Source of the DNA: Euglena gracilis
Lineage: Eukaryota
Reading direction: 5' to 3'
Length of the DNA: 64,000 nt
Assembly: GCA_039621445.1 (NCBI GenBank)
Contig: CP154954.1
Span: 22,270,954 to 22,334,953, forward strand
A program made the translations under genes and the position numbers. Numbering within the stretch: position 1 is the stretch's first letter; the number at the start of each line of letters is the position of its first letter. The notes below the pieces were generated by a model. That model was not told the origin of the DNA. It worked only from the letters and a program-made list of their open reading frames with translations, and searched no databases. Below, one piece after another: positions 26,801 to 39,200 of the stretch.

Positions 26801-29800
26801 GTTGTGCCCCAGAGACCGAAGCCCGCCGCGGCCGGAGGTGCGGACGCAGCGGCGCGCCGGGGCCACCGGCGGCCACGATCGGGCGAGGCGACTCGGTCGG
26901 GTACGCCGGCGGCTGCGGTGTCCTCCGGCGCAGCTGCGCACCCGGACGCCGGGGCTGTCCCACAGCGGCGGTTCACCCGTGGTGTGCCGGCTGAGCAGCA
27001 GATCGCACTGCGGCCGCGGCGCGACCGGTCGGCGGAGCCGACGGGTCCGGCGACCCCGTCCGGTGCGGCTCCCAGCCTGCGGCGCCACCACTTCGGTGGT
27101 CGCGTGCGCGCCGCCGCCACCCCCTCCGCCGACTCCAGCGGCGGCGGCAACGTGTACCTCCCGGACGAGCCGCCCGGGCCGGAGGAACACTGAGGACGCG
27201 GCGGGTCGGCGGCGGGGGCGTGCGGCGGGCCCGGACTTCCGACCCTGGGCAGGTGCAATCGGTCTCTTTTTTTTTGTGTGTGTTTCCTCCACACGGCGTG
27301 GTTTTGTATTCTGAAAGATGGCGCGGATAGCCCTTGATCGCTAGAATACCCCGCCCCCGGTCGCCGGACCCAACGGTGCCCGGAATGGGGAGCTTCGTGT
27401 TCCGGACGCGGGGGTCGGAATCTCCGGCCTCGCGACCGAAATCCGCGACTTGAGGACTTTTGTGAAACCGTGTTGTATTCTGGGGTTTTCGCCGCCGATA
27501 GGACCTCGCAACTTCCCAAACTTGTGGATCGGGTTGTAGGCGATCAAAAGGGACCGGGATCCCAATTCGGCGGACATTCGCAGTGAAAGTCCGTGTTTTC
27601 GGCAGTTTGGGGGGGTGTTCCGGCCGATCCGGGGGCTTTTGGCCTGGGCAACCTTCCTCCACCAGGCGGGGGGGTGCGGACACAGGGGGCGGGCCCGGCG
27701 GCGGGGGGTCTGGCACCCCCCACCCGAAATCAACATTTCGATCATGCCATCGCCCAGATTCCCCAGATGAAAAAAAATGTGTTCTCTCCCTGCCCAGGTT
27801 TACAGAATGTGAGATGGAGGAGGGGGGGCCGGGCCCCCCAGCTGAGGGGTCCGCGGCGGCCGGGGGCCCGCAGGGCGGGGTCCCGGCGGAGGCGGCGGAG
27901 CGGACAGAGAGGAAGGAGAAGGGGAAGGAGAAGGAGAAGGAGCGCAAGCGCAAGCGCCCCCAGCCCCTCGTGCCGTCGGGGGTGGAGGACGTGCGGCGCT
28001 TCGTCGAAGGCTGGCGGGACCTCGACGTCGGCTGCCTCGTCATCGACGAGGACCTGACCAAGGGACAGATACGTCCCGTGCGGCAGCCGGCGGTGGAGGA
28101 GAAGTACAACGCCCTGGTGGTGAACCCCCCCGACCACCCCGTGGAGGTGGTGGTGTGGGCGGCGGACCCGCTGGGTATGTTCCCTGTGGTGCGGGGTGTT
28201 GGGTTATGGCGCGCACCTGCGCGCGTCGCCCCTCCCTTTGCCGAAAGTTTTTGGAAACCCTGAATGCATGTGTGCAGATGCGTGCGCACCTGCGCCTGGC
28301 TTCCCCTGTCCCCATGCATACCGTGGCCGGGAGGGGTTTGTTGTCTCCGTGCCCCTCCCCCCTCCCCCTGCCCCTCCCCTCGTAGGTGCCAAGTACGTGG
28401 TGATCGGTGGACAGCACGTGGTCAGCGCGCTGCAGCGGCTGCGTACGGAGTACGCGGCGCGCCGGGAGGAGTACCCCCAGGTCCTGAAGGTGGTGCGGGC
28501 GAAGGTGCTGCGGCACGACACCCCGCTGGCGATGCGGCACGCGGCGGCGGGGGACGCCCAGCACGCCCAGAGCACCGTCCGCGCCCTGCTCCTCAGCGAC
28601 TGGGCCACCCTCCTCCTCACCCCCGACGTCAAGGGGCTGGCCGACCCGGCGGAGCGGCTGGCGGCGGCCATCCGCAAGGCGGGGTTCGCCGAGCGGACGG
28701 CGAGCCGGGTGCGTGCGTTGCTTGTTTCGGGTTGCGGGGTGCACGATACGGCGGGTGCCCGGTTGTGGTTATATTGCTTCGATTCGCGCGCACCTGCGCA
28801 CGTTCTTCACTCCAGTGGAGCTGGCACGCGCACCTGCGCACGATTACAGTGCTTGTTCGTTCGTGTTCAGCCCCCTCCACCCCCCCTCTCTCTCCCCGTC
28901 GTAGGAGGCGGTGGGGAAGGCGTACGGGCCGCTGCAGCGCCTCGTGGAGGAGCAGCCCGCGGCGGCGGTGGCGGGGCTGCGGGCGATGGAGGCGGCGAAG
29001 CCGGGCCTGACGGTGAACGGGCTGCGGGGGCTGCGCACGCTGCTGACGCCGGGGGCGAGGGCGGCGCTGGTGCCCACCCTCCTGCAGGCCCGCCTCCGCC
29101 CCAAGGACCTCGACAACGCCATCGGCCGCGCCACCCACGACATGTGGATCAACTTCCACTGGCGCGAGGGCAACCCCTTCATCGCCCCCCAGATCCGTAT
29201 GCCTCCCCCGCTTGTGTAATGATTGCTCAACGGGTTGGCTCACCCTCGCGCGCACCTGCGCACCAACTCGCACGCATGGCTCTTTTGGACATCCTCCACT
29301 TTGGCGTGCGCACCTGCGCGCGTCATTGCCATTGCCATGCACACGCTGGGTCACCATCCACCCCACCCCACCCTTCCCTCCTTGCCTTCGCAGTGGCGGA
29401 CCACGTCGCCAAGGCGCGGTTCGTGGCGGCGGTCCCCACCCCGGCGCTGACGGTGCGGCTGGGCGGGTGGCGGTGGACGGCGGCCAGCGAGGCCCCCGGC
29501 TGGGACTCCCTCATCGCGGCGCCGGTGTGGGTGGAGTCCAAGTGGGACGCGGCGCGGAAGCTGGTGGCGCAGCCCCGCCAGATGCCGGAGGTGCGGGCGG
29601 TGCCGAACGTGGCGGCGCTGAAGCAGCTGGACGTCCCCGTCGGCGAGGAGGGCCGGAGCCGGGCCTTCCTGTACCCGGCGGCCGGCGAGCTGCCGGCGAT
29701 GGCGGCGGCGTGCCGCATCAAGGCGGCCTTCCTCCTCGCGCAGCCGCCCCCCGAGCCGGCGCTGCAGCTGTGCCCCCAGGCCTGGGGGCTCGTCGAGACC

Positions 29801-32800
29801 GTCCCCGTGTTCGTGTGGGGGCGCCCGGGGCGCGTCGCCGCGGCGGTCGCCACGATCCAGGGCCGCGTCGAGGAGCGGGCGCGGCGGGACATCGACGTGT
29901 GGGTCCGGGAGACCACGGTGCGGCAGATCGGCGCGAGCCGCAGCGCGCTGGCGAAGCGGCAGCTGACCATCCTCCACGCCGGCGGGGTGGACCTCACGAG
30001 GGTGTGATTCCCTGTCCCAGCATTGTCGAAGATCTTAAAAATCCCCGGGCGCACCTGCGCCCGGGGATTTTTTTTGCGTTCCCCCGCTTCCGGAGCAAGT
30101 GGCGCGCACCTGCGCGCGACACCCCACCCCTGTCCTCACACTTCACTGGGCTTGGGTGTTTTGTGTAGTGGCATTGGCATTGGCATTGGCATGGGGCGTC
30201 CGGAGGGTGGCTTGCCCCCCGGCGCACCTGCGCCTGCGCCCCCGCCTCCACTCGTAGGTCGCGCCGGTCGTGATGTGGGACGAGGTCACCTCCTCCGCCG
30301 ACTTCGACGTGCTGCACTGGTACGTGCTGAGGTGGGCCGCCCAGAGGGTCGTCCGCGACTTCGCCCCGGAGGACTTCGTGTTCGTGCAGAGCGCTGCTGA
30401 GGACGCGGAGTTGGTGGGCCACTGCCTGGCCTGGGGCAAGCGGCCCCTGAACATGGTGGTGGCGGTGGACGGGGAGGCGGTGGACATGGAGGCGGTGGCC
30501 CACAAGGCGGCGGACGCGGGGGCGGACCAGTGCCCGGTGGAGGAGGAGCTCTTCGAGGACATGGAGCAGTTCCTGGAGAAGGGCCTCAGCCTGGAGCTGG
30601 TGCGGACCGTCCCCGAGATCCAGCGGAAGCTGGAGTGGGAGAAGGCGAAGGAGGACGCCCGCAAGCTGGAGCGGGTGAACCGGGAGGAGAACAAGAAGCG
30701 CCGGGAGCGAGACCGCAAGGCCAAGGCGCGGGCGGCGAAGCAGAAGGCGAAGGAGAAGGACGACCGACGGGCCGCCCGGGAGGCGACGGCGAAGGACCGC
30801 CCTGCGGGCGCCAAGCCCAAGGCGAAGAAGAAGCCGGGCAAGCCCAAGGCTGCGGGCGCACCTGCGCCCCGCCCCCAGGCCAAGGGGAAGGAGGTGAAGC
30901 GCCGCACCGCGCCGCGAGCACCGCCGGTCGCGGTCAGCAGCACCGAGGACTCCAGCAGCAGCAGCAGCGGGGAGGGGGAGGAGTCCAGCAGCCTGGCGGA
31001 GGAGGTGGAGGTGGAGGAGAGCCCCCCGAGGCGCGAGGGTGGTGACCGTGGAGGCGGCGAGGGTGGTGACGCCGGCGGCGGTGGCGACGAGGGCGTCGGC
31101 TGGGGCGGCGAGGGCGAGGGCGAGGAGGAGGGCGGCGACGAAGGGGAGGGCGGCGGCGAAGGGGCGGAGGCCGCAGGCGAAGAGGGGGAAGAAGGCGGAG
31201 GGGAGGCGGAGACAGCCGAAGGCGAAGAAGCCGAGGAGGCGGCGGCGGGCGCACCTGCGCCTGAGGAGGCAGCACCCCCCGGTCCCCAGCAGCCCCCTGA
31301 AGCCCCCGCGGAAGAAGCCCCCGGTGGGAAGAGGCGGCGCCAGGTGGAGGAGTCGGGCGCAGCTGCGCACGAGGAGGCCAGTGAGGGGGAGGAGGACTAC
31401 AGCGTCACCAAGGTGGTCTTCGGCATCAGAGACTCCCCGCCGCCCCCGGACACCCCCCAGCCCCCGCGGAAGCAGCCCCGCAGCGCGGCCCCCAGCGCCA
31501 GCAGCCCCGCCGCCGGCTCCCCCGGCAAGCAGCCCCGCCCGCGGCCCCCCACCTCCGAGACCCCCTCCTCCAGTCCGTCCAGCGCAGCCGCGCCCGAGGC
31601 CACGACCCCCCACCAGCCGGAGCCCCCCTCCCCGCAGCGGCCGCGCGACCGGGTCGACCCCTTGGAGGAGGACAGTGCCCTGAACCCACCCCCTGCGGGC
31701 GGGGACTCCCCCCTCATCCCCTTCTCCTGCCCCCGTGACCCCCTCCCCGACCCTGGCTCCTCCTCTCCCCCGACCCCACCCTCCAAACACAGGGTGGTCC
31801 GCAAGGGCGACCCGGCGCCGTGAAGACGTGCGCACGCCCCGGCCCCCCGCCCCTCCGCCCCACCCCGCCCCTGCCGTCCCCAGAGGAGCTCTCCCAGTCC
31901 AGCCCCGAGGCCGCCCCCAAGCTGCCCCCCAAAGCCACCACCCCCTGGTCGAAGCCCGACCCCCGGCCCAAGCCCGCCAAGCCCCAGGGCCCCAAGCCCA
32001 GGGCCCCGCCGCTGCCCTCCCACCGCGCCCTGGCCACCCCCACGCCGGAGACCACCCCCCAGGCCGCCTACCTCAAGAAGCCCTGGAACCCACCCCGGAA
32101 GGCCCCCCCGCCGGCAGCCCCCGCGGCCCCGCCCCAGCCCGTGTGGTCCCTCCTCCCGCCGCCCCCAGCGACTCCCCCAGACGTCCCGCCCGCTGCAGCG
32201 CCCCAGCCCCCCAGCCCGACCCCGCCCCCCGGCGCCACCAGCCTCCTCCCGCCCCCGGCCAAGCCAAAGCCCGCGGCGGTCACCCCGGCGGCGGCAGCGC
32301 TGGCGCAGCGGCTGGCGAAGCCCCCGGCGAAGGACTACCCAGGGGCCGGGGTTTCCAGCCGCCTGAGGCGCCGGCAAACGGCTCCCCTTTTCCCTCGGTC
32401 GCACCTGCGCGCGACGGAATCCCCTCTCGTGTCCTTTGCGGGGGGCGGGGCCCCTCCTTCCAGTGGCAGAATGGTGCAGCCCCCTCTCGCACAGACGCGC
32501 GCACGTGCGCACGCACCCCACCCACCCGGTGCGGGCTAGGCCCTAGTACACGCAGGGTTGGGCTTGGGTGGCTGGTCGGGTGCTCACACACACCCCATCC
32601 CCCTTTGCCCCACCCCAAACACTGGCACAGGACGGCCCCTGCGGGTGACCTGCGCAGGTGCGCGCGCTGGCGCGGCGCGGCGTGGAGACCGGCCGGGGCG
32701 GCGAGGCGGCGCGGCGGCGAGGCGGCGCGGCGAGGCGGCGGCGCCCTCACCCCTGTGACACTTCCCCTCTACCCTCTGCACACATTCAACCGTGTCGGCC

Positions 32801-34666
32801 GGGACACTCGGGTGAAAGACCGTTCCCCCTCCCCCCCTCTCACCCGTGTCGTGGCCCCCCTCTCGTGGCAATGCACCCCCCTCTCGTGTCAGACCCTGGG
32901 GTGTCAGAGTGTCCCGGCCCGCCCTCATGCCTTCGGCAGCCCCTCCTTTCCCCCTGGACCTTCCCTCCCTCTCCCCGTGGACCCTGGACCCCTGCACCCC
33001 TGCACCCCTGCACCTCCCTTCACCTCCCTTCTCTTCTGTGGAATTGCAAAGCAAACGGGAGGGGGGTGGGGGTCAGTGCCCAGTAGGTGCGAGGCGCAAG
33101 GACAGGACGGGGTGGGCGGTCCTCGGTCGCAGGTGCGCACGACCCGGGGGCAGTGGGCCTGTGGTTTTTGGATGTCCCCCGGGTGGTGGGTGCCGGGCCT
33201 GTGGGCCCCAGCCGGCGGTGAGTTTTTTTTTATTTTCGGCCTCCGCCGGGGTTTCAACCCCCGGCAGGGGCAGACACCGGACAGGTTTCGAGGGGTCCAA
33301 AAAGTGTCCCGTTTCAGTGCCTTTTCGGGGTTTTTACCCCGGTCAGTAATTTTAGGTGGGACATAAAATAATTCAGGTTTTGACTTGTCGGGCTTACAAG
33401 CACGGTCACTCTCAAAATTGAGGACGCAAAATTGCCTTTGGTGTCCTCGTGCGCACCTGCGCCCAAATTGAAAAAAAACCCTTAAGTGTCTTTAAGGCCG
33501 TCTAAGTCTGATCTGGTGTTTGTGACTTTCGGCTACATCATGCGAAATTATACCCGCTTTCTGCTTCATTGGAATGTGTGTATGCTGAACAGGCCCAAAA
33601 GTACAAACAGGCGGATATTCGGCACCTTGGTACTGTGCTGTCCACATAGGATGTTGGGTTAGGGTTAAAATTAGGATAGCAACAATGGTACCTGAACAGT
33701 AGTACACTTAAAGATCATCAAACAACCTGGCACATAAAAATAAATCGAGCCAGCGGCCATTAACTACTGCCCCCCCCCAAGGGCCCTGTGGTTCACGGGG
33801 GGACCGGGACCCAAAATGGCCTGTGTTTTCCCGCTGCTAAAATAACGGAAAGCACTGCAAAAAAATGCCTTTAAAACCCCATCAGCTTGCGTTTAAGAAA
33901 GTGGACCTCCCCCCTCATTCAACTACCAGGCCCTCCCTTCAGGGGGGGGGGCAGTAGTTAAACTAGTGTGGAGCCCGACTTTGAACAAAGGAGGATGATG
34001 TCTATTTGTTTATATTTATTCATATATTCGTATGGATATATATAATATATTATATATGGCAGCAAGATTCTACTTGCCCCCCCCCCCCGGAGGGGCCAAG
34101 TATAATCTCCAGGGGGGCGGGGGTCCACGTAGCATCTCCTGCGTCCGATCTTCCGGAAACTTCGGGGTTGTTTCTTGGGATAGGGTTAGGGTTGCAACCA
34201 AACTCCCGGCGGGCTCCCTCTTTCGGGGAATTTAAGGAGAGTCAGGCCGCATTTCCGACGGTTTCCCACCGACTCGGGGAGACCGAATCGGGGTCGATTT
34301 TTGGTAAAATTACGACAAAAAAGGCGACCCAAAAATCTTCCAGAACGACGACCTAACTTCCGGCCTAACTTTGATACTAAAAAGTGCTTTTGGCGGCCAA
34401 TCCTAACCTTAACCCTATTCCTCCAATTAAGTGCTGAATCTCCCCGGATCCGACCGATTTTGCCCAGATCTGGTGCCGTTCCAGGGCCCCGCGGGACCGA
34501 AACGGCCCGAAGGTCGGACGCGGGAGATGCTACTTGGACCCCCCCCCCTGGAGATTATACTTGGCCCCCAGGGGGGGGGGGCAAGTAGAATCTTGCTGCC
34601 ATATATATGTGTATATGTATATGCCATATATATACACACACACATATATATTTATATGTATGTATG

Positions 34667-34711
<45 letters not shown>

Positions 34712-36225
34712 GGCAGCAAGATTCTACTTCATATATCCGGGGGGTCTGGGGAGCACCCCCGGAGAAGGCTGAAGGCCGCGTAAATCCAAAAATGATGTCA
34801 AAAAAATCAGCCCCAAAAAGTGATTTGCTGGAGGGGTAAAGTGTGAGGTGACTGCAGCACTGTGGGTGCAGTTGTGGGGTGGCTTTGGGGTGCAGTGCAA
34901 GGTACTGTGGGGGCTCCACTGTTGGGCATCCCTTGCCCAACTTGGCGTTGAGGGTGACCCCAATTCCACGGACACATGGCGGCCAAATGGCTGTTCCACA
35001 CCCAGACCCCAGACGGTCTTGCCACAAACGGGGGAAAACCCTGCCCGGCGCTATTCCCCGGCAAGTGGGCGGCCTCCTGCAGCAGGTGCCAGGACTTGAG
35101 GGCAGACCTTCCTTTTCGAACCGAGTTCCCCATCAAACAAGACTAACGCTGTCTTTGCTTTGGGCTGTGCCATCCTTCAAACCGCACAAAAGCTTCCTCA
35201 GTGGAAGAATTGCACTGCATGTGGTACAAGCCAAAAGTTCACAACGGAGACTGTCACCGCCATACACCATTAGAAAATAAAAAATAAAAAAATGGCGTGA
35301 TTTTGTCCACAGCCTATGTGTTTTCTGAGTGATTTTGCCAATGGGGATAAAATTAGCAAGTTGACCACGTGACCCTTCCCTGAAGATACCAACCTTGGCC
35401 AATCCCAAGGGGGATTTTATCCCTTCGGGTGCATCGTACATCCAAAAATTTTCATCTCTCCAAAACTGCCCAAATTTGAATCTTTGGGGAGATTCTGGGA
35501 CGACAACCAACGCGACCCAATTTGACATGACCTGTCTCTGTGTCAGCCGGTGCTACCTCGGATGCCGTCGGGTCCATCACCGGGCGGGGGAAGGGACGGC
35601 CTGCGCCGAGGGCCAGGCCGCGACGGCGCAGCGCGGCGCGCACACCCCGAGACGCTCCGCCAGCAGGCTTCTTTTTAAGACCCCGGGGGGGGGGGAGGGG
35701 GGGTCCCCCCCACCCACCCAGGGTGGCGCGGGACCCCCCCCCCCGGGGGGGGGGGGGGGGGGCGGGGACCCCCCCAAAATCGGGCCCGTTAAAGGCAATT
35801 TTCAAAAATTTTCGGCGCTTCGCGCCGAAAAGGTATACTCAGCGCCTCTGGCGTGGGACCCCCCCCCCCGGGGGGTCCGGCCCGGACCCACCCACCCCCC
35901 CCAGGGGTCAGGTGACTTAAAAAGAAGCCTGTCCGCCAGGCCCGCCGCGAAGGCCTCGGCGGCGATGGCTGAGGAGCTCTTCAGCACCCGGTCCAGGGCA
36001 CTGCGCTGGCTCGGCTTGCGCCGCCGCCCCCGCCGATGCAGTCAGCCAAAGGGCCCCCGCAAGATTGGAGCGTCTCACTCGTTGCAGAGGGCTGCTTCCA
36101 AAAGCATAGAGTTTTTGAAAGGGTACTGAGCGCGCCGGCGTGTTGCCAGCATGAGGAATGCTCCCCCTGTGCTCTCCCTCTTCCCTCCTCTCATTCTGAA
36201 TGCTGTGTGCATGTGCTGTGTGTGC

Positions 36226-36285
<60 letters not shown>

Positions 36286-39200
36286 GGCGGGCGGGCGGGC
36301 GGGCGTGCGTGCGTGCATGTGTGTGTGCGCGTGTGTGCGCGCGCGTGTGCGCGCGCGTGTGTGTGTGCGTGTGCGCACGCACACTGTCCTGGATTTGATT
36401 TGCACACTTGTTTTTTGGAGAGAAACTATTGCAGACGGGGTATTGCATCAACCTCATGCAGTGCAGTGGCTGTGGTCCTCAAAATGCAGAAAGAATACCC
36501 CGCCTGAGCTCCCGTCCTCCGCCTGCTCAATGGACCGGACTCCGCCACAGTCCGCCTGTGCCAGAGCTCGGCCGAAAACCAGTCAGAAATGGGGACCACT
36601 CACGAGATGCATTTCAGGGAACGTGATATCAACAGCAGAGGGGGTGTGAGAACCCCCCAGACGGCGGGCCATCCGGGCCCTGGGCAGCTCCACAAGGGAC
36701 AGTGGCGGGGTACGAAGGGGTTGGCGGGGGGCGGGCGGAGCCGAGATTGCAGCCGCGGGAGGCCGTGGGGGACCGGTGGGCGCGGACAACGCAGGAGGGG
36801 GAGGGGGAGGGGGAGGGGGCGGTGGTGGATGGGAGGCTGCCGGTGTGAGAATCCGGAAGAGGCCGGGTGGAGGAGGGGGCGGGGGCGGGGGCGGAGGTGG
36901 GGAGGAAGGTGGAGGCGTGGGCTTGGTACCTTTGGGAATGTGCAGGCGGGGGGGGGAGGCTTGGGAAGGGGAGCCTGTTGCATCGCCTCCACCACAGGGG
37001 AGGGGCAGACATGTCCGGGGCTTGAAAACGCAAACGTAAATGCAAACGCACGGTTGGTTGCATGGGGAGGGCTGCCGCATTGCTGTGGTGGCCAGCGGAG
37101 CTTGGCGAATCGGGACCACGCGGCGGGAGCCGCACCTTGTCGTCCGGGGCAGCACAGGCAATGGGGAGAGGGCCAGCCATTCGCTGGCCTGTGCCCGTTG
37201 CAAGTCTGAGCACTGCGCAGCTGAGAATCTGAGTGCGGGTGGCTGTTGGGCAATATTGGTCCCGGTGACCCCGATGGACACATCACCTTTTGCTGCTGGG
37301 TTGCCCCAGGGCTGAAAAACAGACCCACCACATCCTGGGCTGGCCGGGCACCACTTCCACCACGGGGCTCACGTCGATGCCCCAGCGCTCCTGCAGCGCC
37401 GCCCGCCACGCGCCGTGGGCGGCACTGAGGTCGCCTGCAAGTGTGGCGGGGAAGGGCCGGCCGCCCTCCAGTGCTTGGAGGCGGTGCAGGGCGAGCCCGA
37501 GGCTGTCGTTGGCATGGCTGCAGGCCCCGGCCAGAGGCGGTTGTTTGGGTCCCGCCCCCCATCCCTGGGGGGGGTCGGCATTACGAACTGGTTGAAATGT
37601 CTCCCTCCACTTCGTTTTGCAAAACATTCTCCTATTAAAACAACTTTTGATAAATTCACCGCACAGAACATTGGACAGCCAGGGCTGGATGTATTTTAAT
37701 ATGTTGGCAGCCCCGGGGGAATTCCAGCTGCCCCCAGTCAAACCAGTCAAACCAGCATCACAGGTGGTACGCTTCTGATACTGTCCCCAGCCCGGCGTTG
37801 AACAGTGTCTTCGCCCCCTCCCAGACCAGGGTCTGGTCGAGGCTCTGTAACGGGTAACGCCCACAGGGAATGCCGCGTCGCCAGCGCCAGGGCCTTGCAG
37901 GCGGTGCGTCCCTCCGGGGTGGCGGCGCTGGGCACCGCAGCGAGCAGGGCGGCGATGGCGCCAAGCCACCGCCCTACCCCCATCACCACTCTCTGGCGCA
38001 GGGGGGGGGGGAGGGGGCCTACAGCCTTAGGGACGGGGGGGGGGGAGGGCTGTGGGCGGCTAACCAGCTGCGCTGCAGACTGGTGGCGGGCCAGCAGGTC
38101 CCGGGCGGTGGGGCTGGCCGTGGTGTGGTGCCTGCCACCGGCTCACCTCCAACGGAGCTGACGCAACAACAGGAGGGGAGCATACGCTCATGGGACAGGA
38201 AGGCCCCTCGACATGTCCCAGCCAGGGCATGTGGGAAGGCTTGGCGAGGGGTCGACCCCCACCCACCACCCATAGGGTTGCCAGGATGCCCGTTCAGCCC
38301 TGGCCTCAGCCCTGCCCATCAGCGCAGCAATGTAGGAAAGGCAGACATTTCCCCCTCCCCCGACACTGTTTCCAGAAAAGTAATTGACAAGGTCCCTGTG
38401 AGGACAAATCAGGGAGTCCAGCGCATACAACTGATTACCAACCCCCAATGACCCCCAGAGGGAGGGGGGGTGGGGGGGGGCAGAGGCGGCGGCAGGGTGC
38501 GCGGCAGGGGTGGGAGGCGAGGGCCAAGTTGCCCACAGCGCGGCCCCGAACGCCTCGCAGTTCTCGCGGAGGGCGGCGTACTGCTCGTCCGTGGCGGGCT
38601 GCTCCCCGGGCAGCACCTTGTGGGAGGCGGCGGGGCGGAAATGGACCAGCGTCACGCGGGCGGCGGGGGCGGGGGCGGGCGGGAGGCGCTTCCAGAGCCA
38701 GCGATTCGCTTGGCGATTTCCCTCCGGGCGGCAGGTTTCCCAGGGCCCAGACTCACCTACCTACTTTTGAAACCCCACCCACCTGTACCCTCACCCTCAG
38801 GGGCAGGCACCTAGGGTCACTTGCTTTTTTCAGGCCGGTCGGGATGCACCTGGTCCCCACCCCAAGCCAAGAGGATGGGGTTCACGGGCATGCAGGGACT
38901 CTTTGGTCAGAATGCCACGAGGTCCCATAACACGTCTGAGGCCCATAGGCCAGTGTTCAGTGGGAGAGAACAAAATTCCATGCTTGATCAAGATAACATG
39001 ATTATGGCTTGCAAGTACCGAGGGTAGCCACGCTGTGAAATGCAAGGGGTTGACTCCATTAGCCCCCCAAGGACTTTGGCGAAATCGAAAAAAGAGAACA
39101 AAAAAAAGGTTCACAAATTGTGACAGGGGATGCATTGTAAATGTACGTATGCATGTATTCAGATAAACCATGTCGCCATAAAAATGCAAAACCCTTGCAG

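Larger units (their letters stand above)
22366..33462. promoter_or_regulatory. Dispersed 12-bp palindromic motif GCGCA-NN-TGCGC (mostly GCGCACCTGCGC)
   Basis: Exact copies start at 23274, 23434, 25851, 26536, 28211, 28284, 28788, 28828, 29250, 29308, 30049, 30104, 30222, 30856, 31249, 32652 (reverse) and 33451. Variants near 22366, 22900, 22950, 23484, 23939, 25001, 26695, 26928, 31357, 32399, 32499 and 33127. Function is inferred only. Confidence 0.75.
22240..33506 (+). mobile_element. 11.3 kb DNA transposon with 35-bp perfect TIRs (Academ-like)
   Basis: TIR CTTAGACGGCCTTAAAGACACTTAAGGGTTTTTTT at 22240-22274 and its reverse complement at 33472-33506. Flanked by direct TCTGA (22235-22239, 33507-33511), or by 3-bp CTG if each TIR is read 1 nt longer. 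Two GC-rich plus-strand genes inside. Confidence 0.9.
20693..35046 (-). other. 14.4-kb nonconventional intron hosting the Academ-like element and several MITEs
   Basis: Ends CAGGGCCGTCCCCC (20698-20711) and GGGGGAAAACCCTG (35030-35043). TSD CCCGGCGG (20690-20697) vs CCCGGCGC (35044-35051), 7/8. Removal restores GNSA|GLQRAL. Confidence 0.75.

Noticed and set aside
23729-32521. Long antisense and alternate-frame ORFs over the transposon genes
   Set aside because: Shadows of very GC-rich plus-strand coding sequence with no recognisable motifs.
22231-33515. Reading the 11.3-kb element as a CAG...CTG hAT or intron unit
   Set aside because: The outer CAGGTCTGA/TCTGATCTG extension is imperfect and has no 8-bp TSD; it is explained by the TCTGA duplication.
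35990-36012. 22-23 nt micro-intron hairpin (CAGCGC..GCCCTG) before VLKSS
   Set aside because: The standard 3+5 removal produces a stop and the upstream junction is unresolved; not supportable without cDNA.
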